Below, in pieces: positions 38,216-49,089 of a DNA stretch of 64,000 nt. The stretch's first letter is position 1, and the number at the start of each line of letters is the position of its first letter. The stretch is taken from the NCBI GenBank assembly GCA_004293045.1, contig RDXY01000007.1, positions 475 through 64,474 of the forward strand. Reading direction: 5' to 3'. The DNA is from Flavobacteriia bacterium (GTDB lineage Bacteria; Bacteroidota; Bacteroidia; Flavobacteriales; Flavobacteriaceae). The notes under the pieces are model-generated. The model made no database searches. It saw only the letters and a list, made by a program, of their open reading frames with translations, and was not told the origin of the DNA. The translations under genes were made by a program, and so were the position numbers.

Positions 38216-41200
38216 TTATAGGATTACAAGTTTTTCTATTTTTTCTATTTTTTTACCCGTTATTGCTGATTTTACAGTTACTTTATATACATATACACCT
38301 TTTCCTATTTTATCTCCAAAATCATCTTTTCCATCCCATTTAATATCTCTAGAAGTAAACCCTTCATTAACAATAGTCTGATTTATTGTTTTTACCAATT
38401 TACCCGTTATGGTTAAAATCTGAACTTGAACCTCTAATGGTTCAAAAGGGCGATTATGACTAAACCAAAATTCGGTATAATTTACAAATGGATTTGGATA
38501 ATTTAAAACATGTTGTAATTCTAAATCGCCCTCCCCAATAACCACAAACTGAATTTCAGCCGTAACTAAATTATTATATACATCCCAAGCTTTAAACAAA
38601 ATAGTGTGTAAACCTGGCGCTAAATCTCGGAACGGATAGGTAACTTTTCCTTTTTTATAGTTATCTGTTTCTGTTTCGTAATAATCATTTAAATTAAATG
38701 GATTGTTTTCATCATTATCCAAAATAGCCACAATATCATGCCCAATGCCGCTCGCTGTGTTGATTCCGTTTTCGTCTTCAAGAAAAGCTAAAAAAATTGG
38801 TGATTCATTTGTAATCCCACCACTAACAAAATTCGTATCGTTCATGTACAATTTTAACTTTGGTGGTGTAGTGTCAGAAGGGGCTAATACATTTACACCA
38901 CCAACTTTAATTTGTGTGTTATATCCTGTTTGATTTTGTAAAGTTGGAGCATTACTTTTTGCGTAAAAACTCACTCTTCCATTCCCTATAGGGATTTGAA
39001 TATCTTGTGGTACGATAAAACTAAATTCAAATTTTCCGTTAACCACTGATGCATTTCCTCTGTAAATAACTTCTCCCAAGCTCACAAAATTTAGCTTAGG
39101 TTGATTATAGGGTGGCAATGAAGCATTATCATTATCCAATGTTATTCTATTCAAATTTTTATCATACACTTGTACAGCTAAATCTCCATTATAATTGGCT
39201 ATCAAGGCATTGTTTTCATCCAAAACCTCACCTGTTAATGTTGCTAAAGACAACGCTTGCAAAGAAAGTGTAGTCGTATTTATATTTTCACCATTAACTT
39301 TGGTTAAAACTATTTTAGGCTTGGGTATAGCTAATTTTAAAGCGGGATCGCCAATATAAAAAACAACTCTTTTATTAGCGCCGCCAAGAGATATTTTTGA
39401 ACGTCGTAACGTTTCTGCAATGGAAATATAGGAATTGTTTTCCATTGTGAACAAATTATTATAAATTTCTTCATTTAACTGAATACCGAGTGATTGACTA
39501 ATTTGTCTAGTTGTGGCTAATAATGAAATAGCACCACCAGCTTTATTCCAATACATATATTCTCCACCCGTTGGGCGATTTGGGTCATCAAAACGGGTAA
39601 ATTCGCAAGTGATCGTAATAAACAAAGGATATTTATATCTATTGTTAAGTGCTTGTGCATCTGACTTTTCAAAAATACGTTCTACCGCAAAACTCTCTTC
39701 ATTTCCATGTCCGTAATAATTTAACACCAATGCACCTAATTCGATGGCGTCAATAAATGCTTTTTTGGCTTGCGGATATCTTGGTCCACCAGCACTTACT
39801 TCTTGTACATAGGCATCTGTAAAAATTTTAGTGCTATTAAAAAAAGGATTAGCTACTGAAACGTCATCTGCTAGTTCATTCAAATCCTTTTGCAACAAAT
39901 AATCCCCTGATAAAAAGGGGTCTGGATCGTCTGCATAATACACTAGGTTATTTCGCCATCGTTGGTAAGATTTTTCGTCATGATATTCAATTACTTTGTT
40001 TACCATTTCTGAAGCTTGCGTATTTGAAGAAACAAGCATTCTACCTACTGCTAAATCCATTAAATCTGCCGAAGTTAGCATATTTCCTTCATTGTTATCC
40101 ATAAGCGCAAAGAAATCATCCGACATAAAGGAAGAAAATAATGAAAAATTTGAACTATTATTTGGATTTAATGATTGAGACACTTCAAAACCATGAAAAA
40201 CAGGTACTATATTAGTATTATTTCGAATTCTATCTTTAAAATCGTAAGATGCATCGCCAAATAAATTTAAATATTTAACTTTATTAGCTGTATTTGAAGC
40301 ATGATCATATACATATTTTATAAAATTTCTAATTGCAGCCACATCTTGTTTTCCGCCTCCAAATTCGTTATAAATTAAAGGTAGCGTAACTACTTTAACA
40401 CTCATATTTGAATGGTTTCTATGGAAATTAGCCAAAGTTTCAGCTTGTGTCACTAAGCTAGTTGGAGTGACAATTAAATAATCAATATCTTGAAAAACAC
40501 CTAAATTGTTTTTAAAAATGGTGCCTTTTAAATTTTGATTAGCCACACTAGTTTCTGTTTCTTTTGAAGGAAAATAAACATCAGAATAATCAACAGCAAC
40601 AAACTTTTTATCTTGACCTAAAGTCAATTTAAAAGACAAACTATTTTGGGTATTCTCAATTTTTGCAACATTATAGATGTCTGTAACATCCCAGACCGCT
40701 TTTACACTTGAAGCATTAGAAATAGTAAATTGTCCTACCCCAATATTTGTTTTCACTAATTGATTAGAAAATAAAAACTGTTTGCCACTCCCTTTCAATT
40801 CGGCGTTGTATTTTAAAATAATATAATCTAAATATCCTTTTGAAGAAGGCACTCCATTGTTTATGTAAGTTAAATCAATAGTTACCGCGTTTGAAGTTGG
40901 AATAAAGGTAGTATTTAGGATATTTTCAAAACCTAATGCAGATCCCGTAGCTGCGTTTATTGGAACGGTTCCAACTTCAACCGCATTAGCTTTTACTTTG
41001 AATGAAGTAGCAACAAATGAAACCGCCGCAAAATTCGCAGATAAATTTACAGGGGTACCTGAAGTATAATTAGGTAATACAAATGGAAACGTCTGGTTGT
41101 CATCTAGATCAAATTTTTCACCAAACCATCTTCTACCGATTTTTCCGGCATTAAACAAATCTACTTCATGAAACTGATAGCCATCGTAATTTGAAAGAAA

Positions 41201-42079
41201 TAAAGTGGCGGAAGCCATTGGCTCGATATAAGTTTGGATTCTTTTTCCAGCCGAACCATTGGTTGTTACATAATAATATGATCTGTCTGCAAATTGATTT
41301 ACGTGAGTTAAACTTTCTTCGTTCCATGTATCTACGCCTTCTGCATAAAACAAAATATAATCATTTTCATTAAAAACTCCGTCTTCTTCACCTATAAATT
41401 GAATGGCATTTTCTTCTAAATCAATAGGATAAGCTGTACTATTTAATAAAGGCAACATTCTGCCTCCATTACCATATATTTTAATAGTTCTTGGGTCTAC
41501 AGCAACATTTACTCCAATACTTTGAAGAAAACTTTTACTTACTACGTAAACCCCTGATTTTTCAACATAAAATCTGTGCCAAGACCCCGTAGCTAATACT
41601 GAGTTTTGAATAGAAGTAGTAGTTTGAAATGACCTATTAAAATTAGATGTAGAATAATTTAATGTAAAAGATTTTACCCTTTTATAACCTAAATTGTCTT
41701 TAATTATTGGATGAAAACTAAAAGAAAGAAAGGCGTCATTTCTAGCATATGATGAAAACGATTTAAAATCAATTTTCGAGGAAATATTGGAAATATCCAA
41801 GCCACTTAATTTGGATTCATCTATGGTTTCATATAGGATGTTTTCAATTGAGGCTGCGGCTTCCGAAACCAAACCTGGAACTTTAAAATTATTAATATAG
41901 GTAATTGTTTTTTTTGTTTCGTCAAATTCAAAATTTTCAGATTGAAATTGTGGTATATTATACTTTGATTCACCTATAACAAAAGGAGTAGTGTTATTCC
42001 AAATCAATGAAAAGTCTTTTGTGTTTTGAGCAAAACTCAAAAAAGAAACGAGTAGTACTAATAAATATTTTTTTTTCAT
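38216..42079 (-). CDS. porU: Type IX secretion sortase PorU (peptidase C25)
   Basis: LFGDASYD, YYGHG and ITCEF catalytic His/Cys, C-terminal YPNPF...KLVIL CTD; ATG 42079 or 42085. Confidence 0.93.
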   Translation of the reverse strand: MKKKYLLVLLVSFLSFAQNTKDFSLIWNNTTPFVIGESKYNIPQFQSENFEFDETKKTITYINNFKVPGLVSEAAASIENILYETIDESKLSGLDISNISSKIDFKSFSSYARNDAFLSFSFHPIIKDNLGYKRVKSFTLNYSTSNFNRSFQTTTSIQNSVLATGSWHRFYVEKSGVYVVSKSFLQSIGVNVAVDPRTIKIYGNGGRMLPLLNSTAYPIDLEENAIQFIGEEDGVFNENDYILFYAEGVDTWNEESLTHVNQFADRSYYYVTTNGSAGKRIQTYIEPMASATLFLSNYDGYQFHEVDLFNAGKIGRRWFGEKFDLDDNQTFPFVLPNYTSGTPVNLSANFAAVSFVATSFKVKANAVEVGTVPINAATGSALGFENILNTTFIPTSNAVTIDLTYINNGVPSSKGYLDYIILKYNAELKGSGKQFLFSNQLVKTNIGVGQFTISNASSVKAVWDVTDIYNVAKIENTQNSLSFKLTLGQDKKFVAVDYSDVYFPSKETETSVANQNLKGTIFKNNLGVFQDIDYLIVTPTSLVTQAETLANFHRNHSNMSVKVVTLPLIYNEFGGGKQDVAAIRNFIKYVYDHASNTANKVKYLNLFGDASYDFKDRIRNNTNIVPVFHGFEVSQSLNPNNSSNFSLFSSFMSDDFFALMDNNEGNMLTSADLMDLAVGRMLVSSNTQASEMVNKVIEYHDEKSYQRWRNNLVYYADDPDPFLSGDYLLQKDLNELADDVSVANPFFNSTKIFTDAYVQEVSAGGPRYPQAKKAFIDAIELGALVLNYYGHGNEESFAVERIFEKSDAQALNNRYKYPLFITITCEFTRFDDPNRPTGGEYMYWNKAGGAISLLATTRQISQSLGIQLNEEIYNNLFTMENNSYISIAETLRRSKISLGGANKRVVFYIGDPALKLAIPKPKIVLTKVNGENINTTTLSLQALSLATLTGEVLDENNALIANYNGDLAVQVYDKNLNRITLDNDNASLPPYNQPKLNFVSLGEVIYRGNASVVNGKFEFSFIVPQDIQIPIGNGRVSFYAKSNAPTLQNQTGYNTQIKVGGVNVLAPSDTTPPKLKLYMNDTNFVSGGITNESPIFLAFLEDENGINTASGIGHDIVAILDNDENNPFNLNDYYETETDNYKKGKVTYPFRDLAPGLHTILFKAWDVYNNLVTAEIQFVVIGEGDLELQHVLNYPNPFVNYTEFWFSHNRPFEPLEVQVQILTITGKLVKTINQTIVNEGFTSRDIKWDGKDDFGDKIGKGVYVYKVTVKSAITGKKIEKIEKLVIL

Positions 42080-42270
42080 CCCCATAATAACGCAAAATAA
42101 ACTAAAATATTGCAAATAATGAATTTTTAAATAACTTTATACAATATTTAACACGATTTTTCGTTACATATTATATCAAGTAAAATTATTGTTTAATTTT
42201 TTTTATTTTTTTGTTGCATATTAATGGTTTATTACTATCTTGCGACACTTAAATTTTTACCTACAAAAGT

Positions 42271-43986
42271 ATGAAAGTTACTAAAATTATGACTTTAAAA
42301 TTGTTGCTAGCGTTAACTGTAGCAATAGGTTTTACCAGCTGTAGCAAAAGCGGAAGCACTAAAGGTGGTTCAAGCGCAACTGGATGGCAAATCAACGATA
42401 AAAAAGGTGGTTTCCAATACAATACTAAATTTAAAAAGCAAGAAACCCCTCCTGGAATGACCTCAATTGAAGGTGGAACATTCACAATGGGTAAAGTAGA
42501 AGATGATGTAATGCACGATTGGAACAACAGCCCAACCAAGCAACACGTTCAATCTTTTTACATGGATGAAACAGAAGTTACCAATATGATGTATGCAGAA
42601 TACTTATATTGGGTAAAATCAGTATATCCTCCAACAGAAGATAATTACAAACACATTTATAACGGAGTAATTCCAGATACTTTAGTATGGAGAAATCGTT
42701 TAGGTTATAACGAAACGATGACAAACAACTACTTAAGACACCCCGCTTATGCTAACTATCCTGTAGTTGGAGTAAATTGGATACAAGCTACTGAATTTTG
42801 TGAATGGAGAACCAATCGTGTAAACGAAAATATTCTTGAAAAAGAAGGTTACCTTAAAAAAGGAAATAAAATTAGTGCAGAAGTAACAGCAGATTCAAAC
42901 TTTGATACAGAAGCCTACATCAATTCGCCTTCAAAAACATTTGGCGGAAAAGAAGAAATTGTATTGAAAAAACAAATGGGACAAAAAGCCCCAAGTAAAA
43001 AGTCTGGAGCAGCTACAGCTACTGAAGCTAAAAATGTATATGCACAAAGAAGTTCTGGAATAATTTTACCAGAATACAGACTTCCAACAGAAGCAGAATG
43101 GGAATATGCCGCCTTAGCCTTAGTTGGAAACAGAGAATACAATATTTATAAAGGACAAAAAAAATACCCTTGGAAAGGGCAATATACTCGTTCTGGTAAA
43201 AGACAATTAAGAGGTGATCAATTGGCTAACTTCAAACAAGGAAAAGGAGATTATGGTGGAATTGCTGGATGGTCAGATGATGGCGCTGATATCACAAACT
43301 ACGTAAAAGCTTATCCTCCAAATGATTTTGGTTTATATGATATGGCTGGTAACGTTGCAGAATGGGTACAAGACGTTTACCGACCAATTATTGATGATGA
43401 AGGAAATGATTTTAACTACTTTAGAGGTAACGTTTACACTAAAAACAAAATTGGTGAAGATGGAACTGTAGAGATGGTTACTAGTGATAACATTAAATAC
43501 GATACACTAAGTACTGGAAAAGTAATTGCTAGAAATTTTCCAGGAACTATTGCTCAGGTACCAGTTGATGAAAACGAAACGTATTTAAGACAAAACTTCT
43601 CTACTTCTGATAACAGAAATTATAGAGATGGAGACAGACAATCAACTAGATATTTTGATTTTGGATCAACTGATGAAGAAGCATCTAAAAAAGATGATCC
43701 TAATCAAAGAATGTACAAATCTCCTATACACAAAATTGATGCAGATAGCGCAGGAAATCAAGTAAAAAAATATGACAGGTCTGACAACAGAACTACTTTA
43801 GTAGACGACAATGTTAGAGTATACAAAGGAGGGTCTTGGAGAGATAGAGCTTATTGGTTAGATCCAGCTTCAAGAAGATATTTCCCTCAAGATATGGCAA
43901 CAGACTATATCGGTTTTAGATGTGCCATGTCTAAAGTTGGACCAAAATCTAACAAGAAAACACCAAGAGGAAACGTTAAGAAATAA
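42271..43986 (+). CDS. gldJ: Gliding motility lipoprotein GldJ
   Basis: Lipobox FTSC, FGE-sulfatase motifs RLPTEAEWEYAA, MAGNVAEW, IGFRC; divergent from porU and upstream of murF. Confidence 0.93.
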   Translation: MKVTKIMTLKLLLALTVAIGFTSCSKSGSTKGGSSATGWQINDKKGGFQYNTKFKKQETPPGMTSIEGGTFTMGKVEDDVMHDWNNSPTKQHVQSFYMDETEVTNMMYAEYLYWVKSVYPPTEDNYKHIYNGVIPDTLVWRNRLGYNETMTNNYLRHPAYANYPVVGVNWIQATEFCEWRTNRVNENILEKEGYLKKGNKISAEVTADSNFDTEAYINSPSKTFGGKEEIVLKKQMGQKAPSKKSGAATATEAKNVYAQRSSGIILPEYRLPTEAEWEYAALALVGNREYNIYKGQKKYPWKGQYTRSGKRQLRGDQLANFKQGKGDYGGIAGWSDDGADITNYVKAYPPNDFGLYDMAGNVAEWVQDVYRPIIDDEGNDFNYFRGNVYTKNKIGEDGTVEMVTSDNIKYDTLSTGKVIARNFPGTIAQVPVDENETYLRQNFSTSDNRNYRDGDRQSTRYFDFGSTDEEASKKDDPNQRMYKSPIHKIDADSAGNQVKKYDRSDNRTTLVDDNVRVYKGGSWRDRAYWLDPASRRYFPQDMATDYIGFRCAMSKVGPKSNKKTPRGNVKK

Positions 43987-44005
43987 TATTTCTTAAATAA
44001 TATAC

Positions 44006-44037
44006 AAAAGCCCTTTATATTTAAAGGGCTTTTTTTT
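44006..44037 (+). terminator. Intrinsic terminator after gldJ
   Basis: AAAAGCCCTTTA-tatt-TAAAGGGCTTTTTTT. Confidence 0.8.
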
Positions 44038-44048
44038 ATTTTAGCAGT

Positions 44049-45332
44049 ATGGAAATAGCAACAATTTACAACTACTTTTTGCAATCAAGTGGGATTGCAA
44101 CTGACAATAGAAAAATCAACTCAAACAATTTGTTTGTAGCCCTTAAAGGCGACCACTTTAACGGAAATAAATTTGCGTTAAGTGCTTTAGAAAACGGTGC
44201 CAAATATGCAATTATTGATGAAGTGGAATTCCAAATAGACGAACGTTTTATTTTAGTAGAAAACACATTAGACACTTTACAAAAATTAGCAAATTACCAT
44301 AGAAATCAGCTTAATATCATCATAATCGGGTTAACGGGAAGTAACGGAAAAACCACTACCAAAGAACTTATCCACGCTGTACTTTCTCAAAAATATAATA
44401 CCAAAGCAACTGTTGGGAATTTAAACAATCATATTGGTGTTCCTTTAACGCTACTTTCATTTGATGCAAGTACCGAAATAGGCATAGTAGAAATGGGTGC
44501 AAATCATCAAAAAGAAATTGAAATGCTTTGCGGTATTTGTCAACCCGATTTTGGCTATATCACCAATTTCGGAAAAGCGCATTTAGAAGGTTTCGGAGGA
44601 ACTGAAGGAGTCATTAAAGGTAAAAGTGAATTATACGAGTATTTATCATTCAATAAAAAAGCGGCAGTTGTAAATACCGATGATGCCATTCAAAATGAAA
44701 AAACGAAAAACATAACCCGCATTACTTTTGGTTTACATACTTCACAAAATTTTGTTTCCATTTCTAACATAGAAACCAATCCAATGGTAAAAATCGAGTT
44801 TGATAACATAGTTATTCAATCGCATTTAATTGGCTTATACAATGCAAATAATATAAATGCTGCAATAACTATTGGTAAACATTTTGGTGTTTCCAATGAA
44901 AAAATAAAATTTGGTTTAGAAAACTATATTCCAAATAATAATCGTTCCCAATTAATAGAAAAAAATTCAAACAAAATAATATTGGATGCTTACAATGCAA
45001 ATCCTAGTAGTATGCTAGCAGCGTTAACCAATTTCTTTCAATTACAAGAGCAAAATAAAATCGCTATTTTAGGAGATATGTTTGAGTTAGGTACAGAAAG
45101 TTCCGAGGAACACCAAAAACTAATTGACTTTTGTACCCATCAAACAGATATTAATTTTTATTTTATAGGAAAAGATTTTTATGCTCATAAAAATATAAAT
45201 TCAAACATGCATTTTAATGACACATTTGAATCTTTTAAAGACGCATTTACAAATCAGAAAACAGAAAATAGTTTTCTATTGATAAAAGGTTCCCGCGGAA
45301 TGAGTTTAGAAAGAACTTTAGAAATAGTATAA
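44049..45332 (+). CDS. murF: UDP-MurNAc-tripeptide--D-Ala-D-Ala ligase
   Basis: TGSNGKTTTKE, NLNNHIGVP, DAYNANP, KGSRG. Confidence 0.96.
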   Translation: MEIATIYNYFLQSSGIATDNRKINSNNLFVALKGDHFNGNKFALSALENGAKYAIIDEVEFQIDERFILVENTLDTLQKLANYHRNQLNIIIIGLTGSNGKTTTKELIHAVLSQKYNTKATVGNLNNHIGVPLTLLSFDASTEIGIVEMGANHQKEIEMLCGICQPDFGYITNFGKAHLEGFGGTEGVIKGKSELYEYLSFNKKAAVVNTDDAIQNEKTKNITRITFGLHTSQNFVSISNIETNPMVKIEFDNIVIQSHLIGLYNANNINAAITIGKHFGVSNEKIKFGLENYIPNNNRSQLIEKNSNKIILDAYNANPSSMLAALTNFFQLQEQNKIAILGDMFELGTESSEEHQKLIDFCTHQTDINFYFIGKDFYAHKNINSNMHFNDTFESFKDAFTNQKTENSFLLIKGSRGMSLERTLEIV

Positions 45333-45333
45333 C

Positions 45334-45363
45334 AAAAAAGGCAACCAACTGGCTGCCTTTTTT
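45334..45363. terminator. Bidirectional intrinsic terminator
   Basis: A6-GGCAaCCA-ac-TGGcTGCC-T6 between convergent genes. Confidence 0.7.
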
Positions 45364-45385
45364 GTTATATAAATATATTTTAATA

Positions 45386-46525
45386 TTACGAAACCAAACC
45401 TCTAGAAATTACAATTCTTTGAATCTCAGAAGTACCTTCATAAATTTGGGTAATTTTAGAATCACGCATCATACGTTCTACATGATACTCACTTACATAC
45501 CCATTACCACCATGAATTTGAACCGCTTCGTTAGCCACTTCTAATGCAATTTCAGAGGCATATAATTTTGCCATAGCACCCGAATGCGCAATATCTTGTC
45601 CCAAGTCTTTTTCAGTTGCTGCTTTATGAATTAGTAATCTGGCACAGGTAATTTTCACATGCATGTCAGCTAATTTAAACGCAATGGCTTGATGTTGAAA
45701 AATAGGTTTTTTAAAAGCTACTCGTTCTTGTGAATATTTCAATGCTAATTCATAAGCCCCTTGAGCGATTCCTAATGCTTGAGAAGCAATTCCAATTCTT
45801 CCTCCATTTAAAGTTGACATGGCAAAGGCAAAACCAAAACCGTCTTCACCAATTCTATTTTCTTTAGGGACTTTTACATCATTAAATAATAGTGTATGCG
45901 TATCCGAACCACGAATTCCCATTTTCTTTTCTTTAGGCCCCACTTCAAAACCAGGCATCCCTCTTTCTACAATCAAAACATTAATTCCTTTATGCCCTTT
46001 TGATACATCTGTTTGAGCAATAACTAAATAAGTAGAAGCTGTTCCTCCATTTGTGATCCAATTTTTAGTACCATTTAATAAATAATGGTCACCCATATCG
46101 ATTGCGGTAGTCTTTTGCGAAGTCGCATCAGAACCAGCTTCAGGCTCAGACAAACAAAAAGCGCCAATGACATCGCCTTTTGCTAAAGGTGTTAAATATT
46201 TAATTTTTTGTTCTTCCGAACCATATTTTTCTAAACCAGCACAAACTAATGAATTGTTTACAGACATAATTACTGCAGCAGAGGCATCTACTTTAGCAAT
46301 TTCTTCCATGGCTAACACATAGGAAACGCTATCTAATCCAGCACCTCCATATTTAGGGTCTACCATCATTCCCATAAAACCAAGTTCCGCCATTTTCTTA
46401 ACTTGCTCAGTTGGAAATATTGAATGTTCATCTCTTTCAATAACACCAGGTAATAATTCTGTAACAGCAAAATCTCTTGCCGCTTGTTGAATCATTAATT
46501 GTTCTTCGTTTAATTTAAAATCCAT
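45386..46525 (-). CDS. Acyl-CoA dehydrogenase (short-chain type)
   Basis: CLSEPEAGSD, GTKNWITNG, QIHGGNGY, IYEGTSEIQR. Confidence 0.94.
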   Translation of the reverse strand: MDFKLNEEQLMIQQAARDFAVTELLPGVIERDEHSIFPTEQVKKMAELGFMGMMVDPKYGGAGLDSVSYVLAMEEIAKVDASAAVIMSVNNSLVCAGLEKYGSEEQKIKYLTPLAKGDVIGAFCLSEPEAGSDATSQKTTAIDMGDHYLLNGTKNWITNGGTASTYLVIAQTDVSKGHKGINVLIVERGMPGFEVGPKEKKMGIRGSDTHTLLFNDVKVPKENRIGEDGFGFAFAMSTLNGGRIGIASQALGIAQGAYELALKYSQERVAFKKPIFQHQAIAFKLADMHVKITCARLLIHKAATEKDLGQDIAHSGAMAKLYASEIALEVANEAVQIHGGNGYVSEYHVERMMRDSKITQIYEGTSEIQRIVISRGLVS

Positions 46526-46621
46526 TATTTTACTATAGGTTAATTGAATATATCATAAAAATTTCGGTCAAATGTAGGTAAATAATATGAAATTTTCAAT
46601 AAGAAATTGTATTTTTAACCC

Positions 46622-47683
46622 ATGTTTAAGCACAACTATAACGTTATCGGCGTAATGTCAGGCACTTCATTAGATGGAGTGGATTTGGCGCATGTAAATT
46701 TTGAAATAAATAGTAATAAATGGTCCTATCAAATCTTTGAATGTGCTACTATTTCTTATTCTAATGAAATGATTTCAAAATTAAAAAACGGGATTCATTT
46801 TAGTAAGACTGAGCTTTCAGAGTTAAATATTGAATATACCAACTTACTAGGAAATATTATTACAGAATTTATAGCCAAAAACAACCTTTCAAATCTTGAT
46901 GCGGTTTGTTCGCACGGACATACTATTTTGCATCAGCCAGAAAAGGGTTTCACCCTTCAGATTGGAAATTTACCCGAAATTGCAAAAATCACAAATGAAA
47001 AAGTAGTTTGCAATTTTAGGGTACAAGATGTGCTTCTGGGTGGACAAGGCGCGCCTTTAGTACCAATTGGCGATAAAATTTTATTTTCCGAATTCGAGTA
47101 TTGTTTAAATTTAGGTGGTTTTTCAAATATTTCATTCGAAAAAAATAACGAGCGAATTGCTTTTGACATTTCCCCTGTAAATACCGTTCTAAATTTTTAT
47201 GCCAATACTTTCGGTCTAGAATATGACAATAAAGGTAAGATTTCGGAATCTGGAAAGATCAGTGAAGCATTATTTGACGAATTGAATACATTAGATTTTT
47301 ATCAAAAAGCCTATCCAAAATCATTAGGGTTTGAATTTGTTCGGGAAATTATTTTACCTATGTTAGCGAATTATCCAATTTCGGTAGAAGACAAAATGCG
47401 AACATTTACAGAGCATATTGCCTTTCAAATTGGCAAAATATTACAACAAAAAACTGGTAGACTATTAATTACCGGTGGTGGCGTATACAACGAATTTTTA
47501 ATTGAAAGAATAAAAAACTACTTACCAACTATTGAAGTAATTATTCCGGATGAAAAAACCATACAATTTAAAGAAGCTTTAATTTTTGCCTTACTTGGCG
47601 TACTAAAATTACGAAACGAAATTAACGTTTTAGCAAGTGTAACAGGTGCTACACATAATCATAGCTCCGGCGAAGTATTTTAA
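46622..47683 (+). CDS. anmK: Anhydro-N-acetylmuramic acid kinase
   Basis: MSGTSLDGVD, SHGHT, GGQGAPL, NLGGFSN, KEALIFA. Confidence 0.93.
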   Translation: MFKHNYNVIGVMSGTSLDGVDLAHVNFEINSNKWSYQIFECATISYSNEMISKLKNGIHFSKTELSELNIEYTNLLGNIITEFIAKNNLSNLDAVCSHGHTILHQPEKGFTLQIGNLPEIAKITNEKVVCNFRVQDVLLGGQGAPLVPIGDKILFSEFEYCLNLGGFSNISFEKNNERIAFDISPVNTVLNFYANTFGLEYDNKGKISESGKISEALFDELNTLDFYQKAYPKSLGFEFVREIILPMLANYPISVEDKMRTFTEHIAFQIGKILQQKTGRLLITGGGVYNEFLIERIKNYLPTIEVIIPDEKTIQFKEALIFALLGVLKLRNEINVLASVTGATHNHSSGEVF

Positions 47684-47752
47684 CTAATAATTTCTCGCAA
47701 TCATTTTTTACAATTATATTTGCAAAATAAATCAAAATCCTTAAATCAAAAC

Positions 47753-48979
47753 ATGAAAGATTTACTACATAAATTCGAAAATAAAGAACCAGAAATTGTA
47801 TTCAATTGGAAAGATCCGGAAACAGAAGCAGAAGGTTGGACCGTAATAAATTCATTACGTGGTGGCGCAGCTGGCGGAGGGACACGAATGAGAAAAGGTT
47901 TAGATCAAAACGAAGTGCTTTCATTAGCTAAAACTATGGAAGTAAAATTTTCAGTTTCTGGTCCTGCCATTGGTGGCGCTAAATCTGGAATTAATTTTGA
48001 TCCTGCAGATCCTCGAAAAAAAGGGGTTTTAGAGCGTTGGTACAAAGCGGTTTCTCCTTTATTGAAAAATTATTATGGGACGGGTGGCGATTTAAATGTA
48101 GATGAAATTCACGAAGTAATCCCAATGACAGAGGAATGTGGTGTTTGGCATCCACAAGAAGGCGTTTTCAACGGACATTTCAAACCAAGCGAAGCAGATA
48201 AAATTAATAGAATCGGACAATTACGCCAAGGTGTAATCAAAGTAATTGAAAATGGAGCATTTACTCCAGATTTATCTAAAAAATATACGGTAGCCGATAT
48301 GATTACTGGTTATGGGGTTGCCGAGGCCGTGAAGCATTTTTACGGAATTTATGGCGGAAGTGTTGTAGGTAAAAAAGCCATTGTTCAAGGTTTTGGAAAT
48401 GTAGGTTCTGCAGCGGCTTTTTATTTAGCTAAAATGGGAGCGAAAGTAGTAGGAATTATTGACAGAGATGGCGGTGTATTAAACGAAAACGGATTTACAT
48501 TTGAAGAAATTACAGAATTATTCAGAAATAAAGAGGGTAACAAATTGGTTTCTGACCAAATGATTCCATTTGCTGAAATCAATGATAAAATTTGGAAAAT
48601 TGGCGCACATATTTTTGCTCCATGTGCCGCATCAAGAATAGTTTCTAAAGACCATGTAGAAAATATGATTGCGACAGGTTTAGAAGTGATTTCATGTGGT
48701 GCGAATGTTCCTTTTTCCGACAAAGAAATATTTTACGGGCCAATAATGGAAGAAACTGATAATCAAGTAAGTTTAATACCAGATTTTATTTCAAACTGTG
48801 GCATGGCAAGAGTTTTTGCTTACTTTATGGAGAAAAAAGTACAAATGACAGATGAAGCTATTTTTAACGATGCTTCTGAAATTATAGGAAAAGCCATTCA
48901 AAAAACATTTGATGTAAAGGCTAGCAAGACAAACATTAGTGCTAGAGCCTATGAAATTGCTTTGAAACAACTGGTATAA
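47753..48979 (+). CDS. Glu/Leu/Phe/Val dehydrogenase family protein
   Basis: GGGTRM, GGAKSG, QGFGNVG, GAN; ATG 47753. Confidence 0.9.
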   Translation: MKDLLHKFENKEPEIVFNWKDPETEAEGWTVINSLRGGAAGGGTRMRKGLDQNEVLSLAKTMEVKFSVSGPAIGGAKSGINFDPADPRKKGVLERWYKAVSPLLKNYYGTGGDLNVDEIHEVIPMTEECGVWHPQEGVFNGHFKPSEADKINRIGQLRQGVIKVIENGAFTPDLSKKYTVADMITGYGVAEAVKHFYGIYGGSVVGKKAIVQGFGNVGSAAAFYLAKMGAKVVGIIDRDGGVLNENGFTFEEITELFRNKEGNKLVSDQMIPFAEINDKIWKIGAHIFAPCAASRIVSKDHVENMIATGLEVISCGANVPFSDKEIFYGPIMEETDNQVSLIPDFISNCGMARVFAYFMEKKVQMTDEAIFNDASEIIGKAIQKTFDVKASKTNISARAYEIALKQLV

Positions 48980-49000
48980 AAAACAAATACCTTAATAATT

Positions 49001-49040
49001 AAAAACTAGGTTTAAACTAATTTGAACCTAGTTTTTTTTT
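49001..49040 (+). terminator. Intrinsic terminator
   Basis: AAAAACTAGGTTtAAA-ctaa-TTTgAACCTAG followed by T9. Confidence 0.75.
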
Positions 49041-49089
49041 GTTTCAACAATTTTTATTACTTTTAATCGTTACTATAAAAAAAACCTAA